64,000 bases of DNA, from the NCBI GenBank assembly GCA_951406725.2, contig OX597817.1, forward strand, positions 61,070,001-61,134,000. The letters run 5' to 3'. This document shows positions 43,429 through 58,390 of this stretch, piece after piece. Positions within the stretch are counted from its first letter, which is position 1, and each line of letters starts with the position of its first letter. Both the position numbers and the translations under genes were made by a program. Source of the stretch: Octopus vulgaris (lineage: Eukaryota). The notes under the pieces were generated by a model that was not told where the DNA came from, made no database searches, and was given only the letters and a program-made list of their open reading frames with translations.

Positions 43429-44057
43429 AAGAGAAAGGGGGAGGGGAACATAGAGATATGTATATGTGCGTGTCAAATGTAGTGAGAGCAGTTCCTAATG
43501 TGAATGTTTGAGAATGTTGAATGCATGAGTCATGGTGGGCGACAACCCAGATGACTATGGTGCGTGTTGCAACACACACACACACAATGCAACGCGGATA
43601 TATAATGTCCGACCGATTGATTAGAAAGACACTCAGCCATGCATACAAACACATATTCACACAGGCAAACTGTCTACGAATTTATGTGTGTGCGCGTGTG
43701 TACGTGCGTGTATGCGTGTGTGTGTGTGCGTGTGTGTATATGTGTGTGTAAGCAAATTAAGACGACGATGACAGATAGATACAATCTATGGAATACATCG
43801 CAATTAGTCAGGTATTTTTCATTAAATGTGTTCAATAGTTGTTCGTAGGAACGAGGAGTAACTTCTAGCTGCGATAGACTTCCTAATTACATCATAAATA
43901 TATTCTGATACACGATGTACGAGACATAACCAGCATGAATGTCCTTATCCAATCACACACATTACTCATACAGTGTAACAAAGAAGACAATGATACACAC
44001 ACAGACACACACACACATATATAGAGAGATACACACACATATTTAATCATCTCTCTT

Positions 44058-44104
<47 letters not shown>

Positions 44105-44106
<2 letters not shown>

Positions 44107-44487
44107 CGCAGGAGTGGCTGTGTGGTAAGTAGCTTGTTTACCAGCCACATGATTCCAGGTTCAGTCCCACTGCGTGGCACCTTGGGCAAGTGTCTTCTAC
44201 TATAGCCTCGGGCCGACCAAAGCCTTGTGAGTGGATTTGGTAGACGGAAACTGAAAGAAGCCCGCCGTATATATGTATATATATATGCGTGTGTGTGTTG
44301 TGTGTCTGTGTTTGTCCCCCTAGCATTGCTTGACAACCGATGCTGGTGTGTTTATGTCTCCGTTACTTAGCGGTTCGGCAAAAAAGACCGATAGAATAAG
44401 TACGGGGGCGAGTTGCTCGATTAAAGGCGGTGCTCCAGCATGGCCACAGTCAAATGACTGAAACAAGTAAAAGAGTAAAAGAGTTAA
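44105..44487 (+). mobile_element. tRNA-derived SINE, family 1 (reference copy)
   Basis: GGCGCAGGAGTGGCTGTGTGGTAAG (A box) and GGTTCAGTCCC (B box), internal TA/TG tract, LINE-like tail GGCGGTGCTCCAGCATGGCCACAGTCAAATGACTGAAAC; inserted in (TA)n. Confidence 0.85.
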
Positions 44488-44489
44488 AG

Positions 44490-44574
<85 letters not shown>

Positions 44575-44579
44575 CATGC

Positions 44580-44785
44580 ACATCACCTTCGAACGAATCC
44601 TGGACAAATTTCTCCAACGGATTCTAGATAAGCTACCTAGACCCGAGTACATCTCAATGAACAACAACGCTCTGCTTGACTGATACCACAAAAATTTGAC
44701 TCAGCAGATACCAATAGGTGGTGCTATTGAGTTAGACATGGCCTGAGCCAATCTTTGACCAGAACACGTCTAAGCTTTCTAAGTT
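44580..44785 (+). mobile_element. CR1/L2-like LINE 3' fragment
   Basis: FERILDKFLQRILDKLPRPEYISMNNNALL aligns to the end of 1024-1617; same UTR motif. Confidence 0.7.
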
Positions 44786-45151
44786 ATGCGCGTGTGTATA
44801 GAGACGATGGATAATTGTCCTCTCTCTGTTTAGCCCCTTGTGGGTAGTAAAGAAATAGTATAATTGTCAGCTTATTATGTTGAAGTGAAAACCGTATCAC
44901 TTTGAAAGAGAAATTGAAGTGGTGCATATCTGAATCAAGAAATAACACACACACACGTACACACACACGCGCGCGCGCACTGACACACACATACTCACAC
45001 ACACATATATTTAGTCATCTAAGTATCTATACGTTAGAAAAAATACGTAGACGTATATTTGTGAATAGAGTGAATATATTAATGAAAGTAGAATGCATTA
45101 TAATGTGGATCCATGTCCATTTCTATGTTGTCGTCAGCACAGTAATATTCT

Positions 45152-45448
45152 TGTCACCACTATTATGTTGTGGCATTATTCTGCGACTTATTACCTTTGA
45201 CTCGTCTATTGTGCTATTGCTGCTGGCTCTGTACACTTTGAAACGTCTACCTTGACGCTAACTCGAACTCGTATATATCTCGTAGCTCACACTGACACCA
45301 ACTGAGAACTCGTACAACGACCCTGCTGCTGCTGACCTCCTACGACGACTGTCTTGTCTGACTTTATAGTGGCTGTTTCATACCACTTTGTCACGTGGGA
45401 AGGAGTGTCTCATTTCGCTCAAACAGTATTATATAAACCATAGTGACA
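45152..45448 (-). mobile_element. Possible solo LTR
   Basis: TGTCAC(C)ACTA...TAGTGACA termini (TG...CA) and a minus-strand CTATAAAG; no clear target-site duplication. Confidence 0.35.
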
Positions 45449-46565
45449 CTTAGAGACACAGAGAGACCGACTCACTAATAGATATAGAAAATTAGACAGG
45501 TGACAGTTCAAATATAGAAGTAGACATGACGGGTAGACAGTCGGTCATTTAGATAGTAGGACTGTCGTATAATCGAACTAGGATGTCAGATAATAACGCG
45601 CCCGTCAGATTTGGTTACTATGGAAAAAATAGCACCATCATATATTCGCCTGATATACTGCAGTAAGCGTTGTTCAATACAGGAACTCTTTTCATAAATA
45701 TACGAGTGAATATTTTTTTCTGATAAAGTCTTTTATACGATTGTGTGCGCGTGCGTGCGCGTGCGTGCGTGTGTGTATGTGTGTGTGTGTAAATATGTAT
45801 ACACACACACACATATGCATGTACCTGTGTATGTGTTGTTGTGACTTCTCTCCACCTACCGCATAACAATCGGTATTGGAGTGTTTACGTCCCCGTAAAT
45901 AGTTCGGCAAAAATGTCCGATATAATAAGTATCAGACTTCGAGTAAAGTCTTTCCTGGCGGTGCCCTTGCTTGGCTGCAGTCCAATGACTAGAAAGTGAA
46001 AAGGATAAAAAGTGAAAGATTACACGATCTACAAGATTTTTGGTATTTAGGAATTCGACATCATTCTTAAACCAAATCGGTCTCCTGAATCCAAATATAA
46101 CCTTCTTTTCGACCCATCAGGTCTAGTTTTTAAGTTATTGAGCCCTATAATCACATGGACGACTGCTAGTTTTCTAACCTGAATTTGAAGGGTTCAAGAA
46201 AGTGGTTGATGTATAAAAGCAGCAAGTGATGCTGAAGGAGGGTCAGTCAGATATTAAAACTAATGTATATTGTGAAATATACCATAATCTACCATGTGCA
46301 TGAGTTTCATTAACATTAAGATAACAAAACCCCAAAACATTGGGGTGGCTTAATACTTTCGGCCAAGGCTGTATCCCTCTTGTATGAATAAAATACTCTA
46401 TCAGTTCTAGTAAGAAAAATAGACCTGATAGATAAAAAGTGAAGTTATTTTTTAATTTAGCAGGCAAAATCACGAATTTGCTGAAATATTCCAGGCACCT
46501 GATAAAAAGAAGAAATGTTTTTGTTGACGAGTGTTATATATGGTCGGAGAGGTATCTATCTATCT

Positions 46566-46659
<94 letters not shown>

Positions 46660-47207
46660 ATCTATCTATCTATCAGATGAACTAAATAGCAGTTAGACCA
46701 GTAGATATACAGACAGACTGACAGACTCAGACAAAATGAAGCTATGCAGATATGTAACCCGACTGCCATAGAAAGAGAGAAAATTTTGACAGAGATTCAT
46801 AAAGTAGGTTCATATATAGGCAGACGGTTAGACGTTACTATCGGTAAATACGCGAACTAATTGAGTGATCGTTGCTCTGGCAAGCTGTCTGACAACTGAG
46901 AAACGGAAAGAGAGAGAGAGAGAGAGAGAGAATGGGGAGAAGGAGAAAGTGGTAGAGAGAGAAAGAGAGCGAGATGGGTGATAGTGGGGAATAGACTGTA
47001 AAGTTAATAAAGGAAGAAAAACTAGCACACAGACAGAAGAAATATTCGACAATGTGTACTAATGAACATATATATATATATATATATATATATCTTACGC
47101 TGTCATACCCACTCCATCACTACAAACAGTATTATTAATAAACACACGAAGGCGCGCACGCACAGACATTTTAGGCCTACATAATACAAAGAGTAAATGC
47201 ATATCTC

Positions 47208-47283
<76 letters not shown>

Positions 47284-47294
47284 TTTCTCTCTCT

Positions 47295-47459
47295 GGATAT
47301 AGATCGTTAGCCCCTACACACATTTTTTTTCTCTCCTTGTTTTTTCTGTGTCCCTTTCTGTAGAAGAGCGTAGGCTCGAAACATAAAATACTTTTTCTAT
47401 TCCTGAGCGTTGTTTTGTATACCACCTGTCTTCGTCTTTTGTTTTTTTCGTAAACTTTT

Positions 47460-47462
<3 letters not shown>
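47295..47462 (+). mobile_element. Family B HHR-like element
   Basis: CTTT-CTGTAGA-A-GAGC GTAG GCTC-GAAAC ATA AAAT at 47354-47389 (stems III and I mutated); runs into (TA)n. Confidence 0.6.
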
Positions 47463-47509
<47 letters not shown>

Positions 47510-47541
47510 CGCATGTATATATATGCATGTATATGTATATA

Positions 47542-47770
47542 TACATTGGGCAAACGAATAATTCCCTCTGCCAAAGTGCAAGAATCCACAGGCAACATAT
47601 CTGACAAAGAGAATTACGCAAGATTCCATTAGTAAGCATCTGGAAATATGTGGCGATAGAAATTTCAAAATTTTTTCTTTTTACAAATGTGCAGGGGACG
47701 ATCTGCAGTACCTAAAACCAATGGAACTACATTTCATCAAATAATTTTCTCCAAAATTGAATGTTTGGAA
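47542..47770 (+). pseudogene. Penelope-type GIY-YIG endonuclease C-terminal remnant
   Basis: Hand translation: YIGQTNNSLCQSARIHRQHI*QRELRKIPL/SKHLEICGDRNFKIFSFYKC...ELHFIK*FSPKLN, with the YIGxT, H, E..FI and PxLN hallmarks; two stops and one frameshift. Confidence 0.75.
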
Positions 47771-47862
47771 GAAAAGCAGAGACAGTACCTTTTGTAAGTG
47801 TTATACTAATGTTCTCTAACGTAAAATCATAGAATTGAAAGAGGCGTGATCGAAGTTATACG

Positions 47863-47923
<61 letters not shown>

Positions 47924-48004
47924 AACGCGCGCGTGCACACTTGCACACACTTCATCAAGGGATTCTCCCCAAAATTGAATGTTTGGAAGTGGAGAATTTG
48001 AATT

Positions 48005-48042
<38 letters not shown>

Positions 48043-50755
48043 AATTCAAATTCTCCACTTTATATATATATACATACACACACATACACATATATATGTT
48101 TGTGTTTTTGCGTTTGTCCACCCACCCCCCAACATAGCTTGAAAACCGTTGCCGGTATGTTTACGTCCCCGTAGCTCAGTGGTTCGTCAAAACAGAGCGA
48201 TAGAATAAGTACTAGGCTTACAAGGAGTAAGTCCTGGGGTCGATTTGCTCGACTAAAAGCGGTGTTCCAGCTTGGCCGCAGTAAAATGACTGAAACGAAT
48301 AAAAGAGACTAGCAGTAGCTGTAATATTGTCTCAGAGATCCAGATTTAGGTGCAAAAGATAAAGAAATAAAAGAATTTAGTATGAAACGAGAGCACTGAG
48401 AGAGCGCAAGCCTCCACCGAGGCAACACTAACGTCCTCTGAATGATTAGCCGGAGATGATTTTTTAAATGTGAATATCTGAAATAAGCTCTACTGCTCTC
48501 AAAAATGAGAACACTAAAAATGAACCCAACCGCTCTTAAATAGTAAGTAAAAAAAAACGAAAAATAATCCAGAATCCTTGTCCGGTACCGGATCGATCCC
48601 AAAATATAATCAATTTGTGCCAGTCACGAGGCCAAACATCCCTGAAAGTTTCATCCGAATTCATCCAGCGGGTCTTGAGATATGTTGTCCACAGACAGAC
48701 AAACAGACAAACACGACTGTGTTTAGCGGGGCGAAGGAAAAAAGGAAGTGATTTTGTGCATGTATGTATGTATATATGTACGTATGTATGTATGTGTGTG
48801 TGTGTATGTGTGTGTGTGTGTATGTGCGTGCGTGTGTGTGTGTACGTGTGTGTGTGTGTTTCGAAGTTGGAAGAACTTTTAATGAAACTTTAATACCTAG
48901 AACTTGGTCATATTTCTCTGCCAATGTATTATTCGTCGCGACAACGTTTTCTCATTAACGTTTCCAGCTTAGTACATACAGCAATTTATCTGTATAACAT
49001 GTGTGATCGAGTCAGGAGAGAGAGAGGATCACACAATGTCGGTACGTGAATATTTAAATATAAATGGGCCATAAACAAATTTAGTAATTAATTAGGGAAG
49101 ATAGCAGTAAGTACTTAATAGTTACCTCTGGCTGTTATATTGAAAAGAAAATCAATGATGGGTTTCAGTTCAAACCAGGACAATTAGGTAACCTAGTTGC
49201 ATACTTAATTCGTTTGGGCTTTTAATTACCTCGTCAGAGCTGTTTCTAGAATATCCATTGTTGCACATATTCGTCAAGAAATGCGAACTAAATTAAAGCG
49301 CGCGCACGCATACACACACATCACCTACACATGCACATAAGCAAGAAATTCTGACTATTCACAAGTAAAAAAAAGTAATCTACTGAGCCGGATGTCTTAC
49401 TCTTTCTCTCTGGTCTTCCTGGTATAGAATGTAAGAGTCGTTGGGGTGTTGTGCAAGCCGCATTCGACTGCCAACCTGCGCACAGGCATTGCAGACACTC
49501 CTGTCAGCGTTAGTCACGCTTGTCAAACGACTAGACAATCATCATGTATGTATGTATTTATGTATATGCATGCATATGCATATACATATAAGCTATATAT
49601 ATACGTATAAATACACATACACAAATACCCACACATATATGTATGCACGTATGTATTTATGTATGTATTTATGTATATATATATATATATATATATATAC
49701 CAGTAATTATTAAAATATATAACGTAGAGCATAAAAATAAATAGACATAATATAATGTCTAAACGTTGGTGAAAGTTGATGTGTGTGTATATATATATAT
49801 ATATATATAAGGTATGTCTGTAAAATCTTACAATGGTGTACTTACGATATATAACTGAATTCTTAGAAAGCAGTCGATGTCGTGTCAACATGGCGATGTA
49901 AATATTTCTGTTATTTTATGTTCAAATATAATGGAAACCAAAACAGCCTACATTTATACAAACAGCGTAGTTTCCCAAGATTTAAGTACTTTACTACAAA
50001 TTAACTCATCTACGTAATCATGCACGCACACGTATGTATGTGTGCACGAGTGTGTGTTTGTGTGAATGTTTATGTGTGTATTTGTATGCGCAATTATGCG
50101 TTTCGATATATTAGTACGTATATATGTGTATACATGTGTGTGTTTGTGAGTGTGTGTGTTTATTGATATATAGACCTACACAATAACATATTTTACATTT
50201 TTATGATTTGTCACTTGTTAATTGCAAGAAACCATTCAATCGTATAGTTCAACCTTATGGCATTTTCTTTTCACTATTTTGTCAATAAATCATAGACGCT
50301 GCACTTTGTGCAGAATTAACATGTATAAAAGTGGATACACAGAAATTCTCGAAGTGTTTACCACTCAGGGAGTGGTAAAATTCTGTAAAATTATGAGAAC
50401 ATGTGACGATGTACGCTGTTTCTAAAAAGTTTCGTTAGGTTTTAGTATCCTAAATTCTGTATACAGCTTCTTCTTCTTTCATGACTCCGATTTAAAATCA
50501 AAGGTAAAAGTTTTTAATAAAATTGTGGCACGGATGCTGTGGCAGTCGTATCTACTAGAGAGCAAAGGGCAGCTACAGACACCGCAAGGCACCTAGTGAG
50601 CCAAAAGGCTCAGCTTCGCTTAAGAGTATTTTACTAAATGTGAAATGATGAACGGCAAAGTGGCCTTCGTTAGGATTTGGGCTCGGAAATTTGGCGAATT
50701 CACCACACACAGAAATAGATACACACAAAACACACGCAGACACAAAGACACATAC

Positions 50756-50848
<93 letters not shown>

Positions 50849-51307
50849 TTGATGATGGAGATGATGGCTTTCTACTCGTTAGACGTACATGACCATTGCC
50901 GAATAGAGCAACTGGTTTTATATATGTGTATACGAGTTGGCCTTTCTCATAGAGGGAAGACCAGGGGTCCCTCACACTCAGTGGGACAACAACCCTTTGT
51001 ATGTCTACGTCTAAGTGTTCATTTGCTACTTAACCCTAAAAACTGCTACTACTCCGGGTCTTATAAGACGTGGGTGCAAGAGTGGCTGGGAGGTGCTTCT
51101 ACACCCCTTAAAATCCTGGAACTCACGAACCGGAGCCTCTCGACCGGACGCAGTTTAAATCCACACACACACACACACACACTCACACACACGTACACAC
51201 ACACACGCACACGCACACACGTACACACACACACACGCAAACACACGCGGACACAGCACACACACTCACACACACTCACACACATATACACAAACACACA
51301 CCCAGCA

Positions 51308-51375
<68 letters not shown>

Positions 51376-52204
51376 CATATATATGCCGAGGTGAAGAAAG
51401 CTTATGCGAATTGTAGTAAACAGTACGAAATAGCTCCGATACAGGTTACGACGATACGAAGGTATGTTTGTATATCCGGGCAGCTACGAAGCTTATGATT
51501 CATGTATATGTTGGCATTAAAGCTAATGTTTTCTTCGGCAGATATATCTCGCAAAACTGTGTCAAATATTCACTAAACCGGATGTTACATTACGCATGTC
51601 AAAAATCGAAAGAGACCGCCAAAATATTCTCATAGAAAGATATTATTTCAGAGAAAATAGAAAGTAAATCACAAAATGTACTTTGTGAACTATGTATGCA
51701 CACACACACACATACACATACACACATACACACACATTTATATATGAAAAGCTTGGGTACCTGACGACATTGGTTCGTTCTACGAGCCTATGAATTTGAA
51801 TGAAGTTGAGTCAAACGGGAATTATATATTGCGTGCGTGCATGTGTGAGCATGTGTGCATGCGTGTGTGTACACGAATATATCCTTGTGTATATGATATA
51901 TGTACTTGTGATATTTTACTGTTTTTACCTCCATATCTTCGTGAGTTATTTTTGAGTAAACATTATCTGAGAGAAATTTTCTTAAAGTAGTGGAAATGGC
52001 TAAAAAACTTTTTGGCTGCTATTTCTAGAAAGTTCAGTATGTGGCAAAGTAATTTATTTTACTAAGCCCTAATTATATAATGTAATATTTTAAATTCGCC
52101 TTAAATGGTCCTTTTACTTACTGAACACTACTTTGGTGAAATTGATTAATAACTAATTAATTTTACCCTCAATTGTTGATATATATATATATATATATAT
52201 ATAT

Positions 52205-52407
52205 ATTTCTGTATTGCCCACAGGGGGCTAGACATAGCGGGCACAAACAAGGACAGACAACGGGATTAACTGGTACTTATTTAATCGACCCCGAAAGGAT
52301 GAAAGGCAAAGTCGACCTCGGCGGAATTTGAACTCAGAACGTAACGGCAGACGAAATACCGCTAAGCATTTCGCCCGCCCAGCTAACTTTTCTACCAGCT
52401 CGCCGCC

Positions 52408-52408
<1 letters not shown>
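52205..52408 (-). mobile_element. tRNA-derived SINE, family 2 (5' part)
   Basis: Reverse match to the head and first body unit. Confidence 0.75.
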
Positions 52409-52438
<30 letters not shown>

Positions 52439-52552
52439 CCTGTGTGTGTGTGTGTGTGAGTGTGTGTGTGTGTGCGCGCGCGTGTATGTGTGTACACATA
52501 CACATATATATAATAGATATATACATCAATACATGCATATATATATACACTT

Positions 52553-52750
52553 GAGAAGTACATGGACCAAATAGTGGCTGCAATAAGGGCGGAGCACTTG
52601 CAGAAAACAGCACTGCTTGGAACCGCTGGAATACTTCAGATGGTGCTCGAAAAAATAAGGGGTGTTACTTAGTTCGCTGGTAGTGAACAACTGGCTCCGT
52701 AGTACATCTCCAACGTTAGAAGCTGTGCAATGACAATAAAATGATAATAA
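52553..52750 (+). mobile_element. R4-like LINE 3' stub, divergent family
   Basis: KYMDQIVAAIRAEHLQKTALLGTAGILQMVLE. Confidence 0.6.
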
Positions 52751-52889
52751 TCCTTTCTATTATAGGTACAAAGCCTAAAACAGGTACCTCATCCGAATTT
52801 GATCTCAGAATATACTAGCTGACGAAATAACGCTAAGCATTTCGCCCAGTGTGCTAACGATTCTGCCAGCTCGCCGCACTAATAATAAT

Positions 52890-54040
52890 AAAATTAATAA
52901 AGAAACAATTTGAAGATGAAAGAGTAAATAATTGGAAAGTAAAACCACTGCATGGGCGATGCTTCAGAGAAATCGAAGGAAAGGATATGATGAACACTTG
53001 GAGATGACTAAGAAAATGTGAGCTGAAAGAATACACTGAAGCACTGATATGCAACACCCAGGAAAAAAAAAAAAAGATAAAAACTCTGCGAACTAATTAC
53101 ACCACGTTAAGAGTAGGATTTATGGCAGCAGAAACGAAACAATCGCAAGTATTGTGAGTGAGCGGAGCAAGCTGGCCCAAAAGGAGACACGACAATGTAG
53201 CCCAAAAGGAGGCACGGTAACGTGGCCCAAAAGGAGATATGATAACGTGTACCAAAAGGAGGCACGGTAACGTGGCCCAAAAGGAGATATGATAACGTGT
53301 ACCAAAAGGAGGCACGGTAACGTGGCCCAAAAGGAGATATGATAACGTGTCCCAAAAGGAGGCACGGTAACGTGGCCCAAAAGGAGATATGATAACGTGT
53401 CCCAAAAGGAGGCACGGTAACGTGGCCCAAAAGGAGATATGATAACGTGTCCCAAAAGGAGGCACGGTAACGTGGCCCAAAAGGAGATATGATAACGTGT
53501 CCCAAAAGGAGGCACGGTAACGTGGCCCAAAAGGAGATATGATAACGTGTCCCAAAAGGAGGCACGGTAACATGGCTAAGTTCGTCCACTGGAGGCTATG
53601 TGAAAAGTATGACCTGAATAAAGCACGGAAATGATATGAATATGAACCAGGAGTCAGCGAGAAGAAGGAATATAAGATAGAGTGGGAGTTTACATTGCAA
53701 CGTGAATCCCTAATCGAGGCTCAAAGATCAGGTATTCTTGTGGTAGAGAAGGCAGAAGAGGAAACCAAGATTATAGATGTTGCCCTACCTGGGGATGTAC
53801 GCATAAATGACAAAGAACTAGAAAAAATTGAAATGTACAGAATACAAAAAGATGAAATTGCAAGAATGTGGTGTTTGAGGAGAGTGTCTGTCATTCCAGT
53901 AGTTGTAGGGGCACTCGGAGCACTAACGACCAAATTCGGGAAATGTGTCAGAGAAATCGAGATTGACATAAGAGCAGAGCAAGCCCCAAACCTTCGCTGT
54001 TGGAGACAGCTAAGATTTTGAGATTGGCATTTGGATGTTG
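52890..54040 (+). pseudogene. Degenerate R4-like C-terminal region interrupted by a minisatellite
   Basis: WKVKPLHG..., KLAQK/RRHDNVA...FVHWRLCEKY, RSGILVVEK...IIDVALPGD...VIPVVVGALG; several stops and frameshifts. Confidence 0.7.
53174..53573 (+). repeat. Minisatellite: 16 x 25 bp organised as 8 x 50-bp dimers
   Basis: Alternating GGCCCAAAAGGAGATATGATAACGT and GTCCCAAAAGGAGGCACGGTAACGT. Confidence 0.95.
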
Positions 54041-54567
54041 AATGTGTCCCACGATAATTAACAACCAAATACCAAAGCTTATGATGTGCGGAAAGGGACC
54101 CAGTGAGATATCTGGCAGCAGCAGGCTGCTGCCCTTTCACTGAATCTAACAGTGCAAGCACGATCGAGCGTGCCGAATGGTAAAACGCCTTGATGCAGTA
54201 CCAGGCCCCGGAATTGAACTTGCACCCTTACGATCGTCAGTCGCATACTTCTAACTACCAAGCCACACGCCTTCACAGCCAAGCGCATATAATAAGACTT
54301 ATTGTGTAGATAAATATACACCGTAATATATGTAATATGTCGATATGTGCAGCCCAAGAGAAAAAGGCAAACTACTACGAGAGTTGAAACTGGCGTTGGT
54401 AGCTTGGTGTGTGTTTATGACACAGAACAATTGTAGAGAGTTTTTCACCCGTATAACTATCTACGTCTCTGTTTTGATTTCTTTCGGCCTCTTTCGGGAT
54501 ATGTGCATCTAAAATCTACATCAGCATCTGCCTGTAAACCCCACCACACGCTTTCGCGCGCGCACAA

Positions 54568-54654
<87 letters not shown>

Positions 54655-54761
54655 AAACGTTAAACTCCTTTTCCTTCTTTCCTGAGCGTCCAATAATACT
54701 ATACTTGCTCCACGTCCTCGCGTTGTTGTGTATTCTCTTTGTGTTTTCATGTTTGGATTAA

Positions 54762-54811
<50 letters not shown>

Positions 54812-54888
54812 TAGATATATATAGCTTTCTCTCTCTGTTTCTATACAACACTCACACACGCACACATATATATGATTATGCGACTGGG

Positions 54889-54934
<46 letters not shown>

Positions 54935-55006
54935 TTTTATCTTTGTCTCTCTTTCTGTACAACAACACATGCACATACATATATACAGAGAGAGAGAGAG
55001 AGAGAG

Positions 55007-55073
<67 letters not shown>

Positions 55074-55621
55074 AATGAAGTGTGAGAGAGAAACAGACAT
55101 ACAGACAGACGATAGAGTTTCTGTGCACACGCTTATATATGTATGTGTATGTGTATGAACGGGTTTCCTCTGCGCAGAGAGACACCGACGTTCATGTGCA
55201 TAAATGTGTGAAGATAGGGATACTGCGTGAGCCTGCACGTGTATGCATGTATATATGCATTTGTGTGTGTATATATGTGTATGCCTGTGTATATGTGTGT
55301 GAGTGCGTATGTGTGCATATATGTGCTTGTGTGCGTATGTGTGGGAGGGCATGTGTTTGTATGTGTGCGTGCATGTGCGTGTATGTGAGTGTATATATGT
55401 GTGTATGTATATGTGTGCGCGGGAGCGCGTGATCAGAGAGAAGTGCCAACAGATATTTGGACAGGATGACAGTGCTAATCAATATTCTATTAAGACTACC
55501 TAATCGATATTAGAAAACATAAGTAAAGAGTGATTTATGGCAGATAAGGCGCGCTGCGATGTGGAAAATATATCACGTGAGACTTCCGTTTCTCAGCTTT
55601 GTTAGCAACAGCAGTAGCAGT

Positions 55622-55665
<44 letters not shown>

Positions 55666-55667
55666 TA

Positions 55668-55701
<34 letters not shown>

Positions 55702-56110
55702 CATGTCTGTGTGTGTGTTTGTGTGTGTATATGAGAGTGCTTATGTATGTGTGTGTGTGTGTGTATTCATGTACGTGAATTGCGTTTTCTGTATGCAAAA
55801 GTGCGGATAAACACAAATGCAAATTTTACATGCATTCTCACATATATACTTAGGTGCAGGTTTTATGTCTAAATCCTTAAAATCCTTAAAATGTTTTAAC
55901 CCGAAGGCCGCGGCCATGCTGGGGCACCACCGCTGTCTATAATGTGTTTTTAATATTTAACAAAAGCTTCTGAGTGACTCAAGGGCCGAGAATTCCGTGC
56001 GTTAGCATTTATCAAACTAGTTACAGATTGACGGTTTCTGATTATGTATATCTGTAAGAATAGCATTTCCCTGGATAGTTCTACAACAAATAACCTACCT
56101 ACCTACCTAC

Positions 56111-56184
<74 letters not shown>

Positions 56185-56313
56185 GTCTGTCTGTCTATCT
56201 GTCTGTCTGTCTGTCTATGCATCTATCTTTACATATGCATAGATATATATGTATACAAATATGCACACACGTCTATGTGTGTGTGTGTGTGTGTGTATGT
56301 ATATAATGAGCGC

Positions 56314-56345
<32 letters not shown>

Positions 56346-58349
56346 CAGTCATTTGACTGTGGCTATACGGGAGCACCGCCTTGAAGTGTTGTTGTCAAAC
56401 AATTCGCCCCAGGACTTATTTTTAAGCCTGATACTTATTTCATCGACCTCTTTGCCGAACCGCTAAGTTACTGGGACATGAACACACCAACAGTCTTTGG
56501 TCGGTCCGAGGCTATAGTAGAAGACACCCGCCCAAGGTGTCACGCAGTGGGACTAAACCCGGACCCGTTTGATTGTGAAGCCAGCTTCTTACCACACAGT
56601 CATGCCTGCGTCTATGCCGATTCCACCCCACCAGGTTAACTTCCCAGCTACAGCTGGAACCCCTTTACAGTTGAGTGGATTGGAGCGAATGGAATGCAGT
56701 GGTTTACAAAAAAAAAAAAGCAATTCATCGCCAGGTCCGGGAATCGATCCTGTGGTTTTACGATCTTGAGTTTCACTTTGAGATATTTTATCAATATTAG
56801 AACTGCCAAAGATTGTTTAAATGAAGTCAGTTACTCCTTCATAAGCTTAAATTTCAAATAGCAGGAAGGTCAACTTAGTCTTTTAGCTGGCCCGTTTCGC
56901 CAAATTATTTTCCCAGGTATATACTGAGACAGATGAAGCCAACTATGCTCATATTTCACATTAGGGGTCTAAGGGTCGACTGTTGAAAATTTATTATTTG
57001 CTGGGAATTTGAAAAATTTACGGTGTTTTCTAATCCCGCTGCTTTTGGTTCTCTCACGCATCCTTTTGGAGACGTTTAAAATATATCACTTCTCAATTCA
57101 ATAGATAATAAGCCCTGTTAATTAGGCGACTAATTGGCTGTATTATTAGAACGTCCAATCAAGGAGGCGAGCTGACAGAATTGTTAGAATGCCGGACAAA
57201 ATGCTTAGTGGTATTTCTTCCGACTCATTATGCCTTTGGCTCGAATCCCGTCGAAATTGACTTCGCATTTCATGCTCTCACGATTAATAAAATAAGTACC
57301 ACTTAAGCACAGGGGGCGATATAATAGGTTAGCTTCGTTCCCCAACATCCCAGGACAGCCTGTAGCAGAAAGGATTCTTAGAACGCCGCGTATGTGGGAT
57401 TGATAATGGCTCCTTCTTGCACTTTCAGTTCAACTTCTTTTGAGACCAGTCATTTTTAAAAAAAAAACCTTTTCCCTATTTCGTTGTTCAATAAATAAAG
57501 TACCATTCCCTCTTTTGCTTTCAGTCTCTCTGAAAGAAATCAGCTGTGTTCAGGCTTAAAGTGGAATGATCTCAGTCAGGTTGAGTATAGCCAAGACTCA
57601 TTGTACATCACAACGGTGTTCCTACAACTTCATCAAAAGGACGCAAAGAAAGAAGGCATTTCCTTCTTACAAATAAGAAACCATTTTCCAAACTAAATTT
57701 CATTTCAGGCGATTCTTCAACAGAGGTCGAAATCCCTCAGACCATAATCTATTCATCTTCTCCGCTTACGATTCTTGTGTAAGGGTCGTATAGGTAGAGT
57801 CCTCAGACACCTCCTTCATTGGCTACGATCAAAAGCAATCGTCATTACGCATTCCGTTTGAATACCCGGGCGTGACCAACACTGTGAATTTAATCAACTC
57901 GCTCTCTCTTGGTCTAGTTCTAGTCTCCTGTCGGTTGGCTCCGTTTGAAAAATCGATTTTGCGATCCTTTCTTACGACATTCTTATCACATGTTACGTAA
58001 TAACAATGAATTTTTATGAGCAGCCTTCTTCTCTCACGATTACCTTTCCTTTATCATTCCACACCTTTCGGCTTTGGTGATCCAATCTTTAAAGGCCGTT
58101 AAGGTAAGTTCAACTTAAAAAGTTCTCCATCATATCATTTAATGTACACACTGCAAAGATACGAGCTGCAACTAGTTTCTTGCAGTGGAAACCTGGTTCT
58201 AGGCATCAACCTCCTCGTTTTATTTAATTACCGGCGTTCTGTTTTATAAACTGACAGAGCATGTGCTCAGAGCCCAAAGATTGCTTGGAGACACAAAAAG
58301 TGTCATAAAATCCTATTTAGACCCGCATCTCTAGCACAAGAAACTATTA

Positions 58350-58390
<41 letters not shown>

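Noticed and set aside
44105-44180. tRNA genes
   Set aside because: The tRNA-like sequences are SINE heads fused to repeat bodies and do not form full cloverleaves.
53174-53573. CRISPR-like regular array
   Set aside because: No unique spacers and no cas genes; the units derive from retrotransposon coding sequence in eukaryotic DNA.
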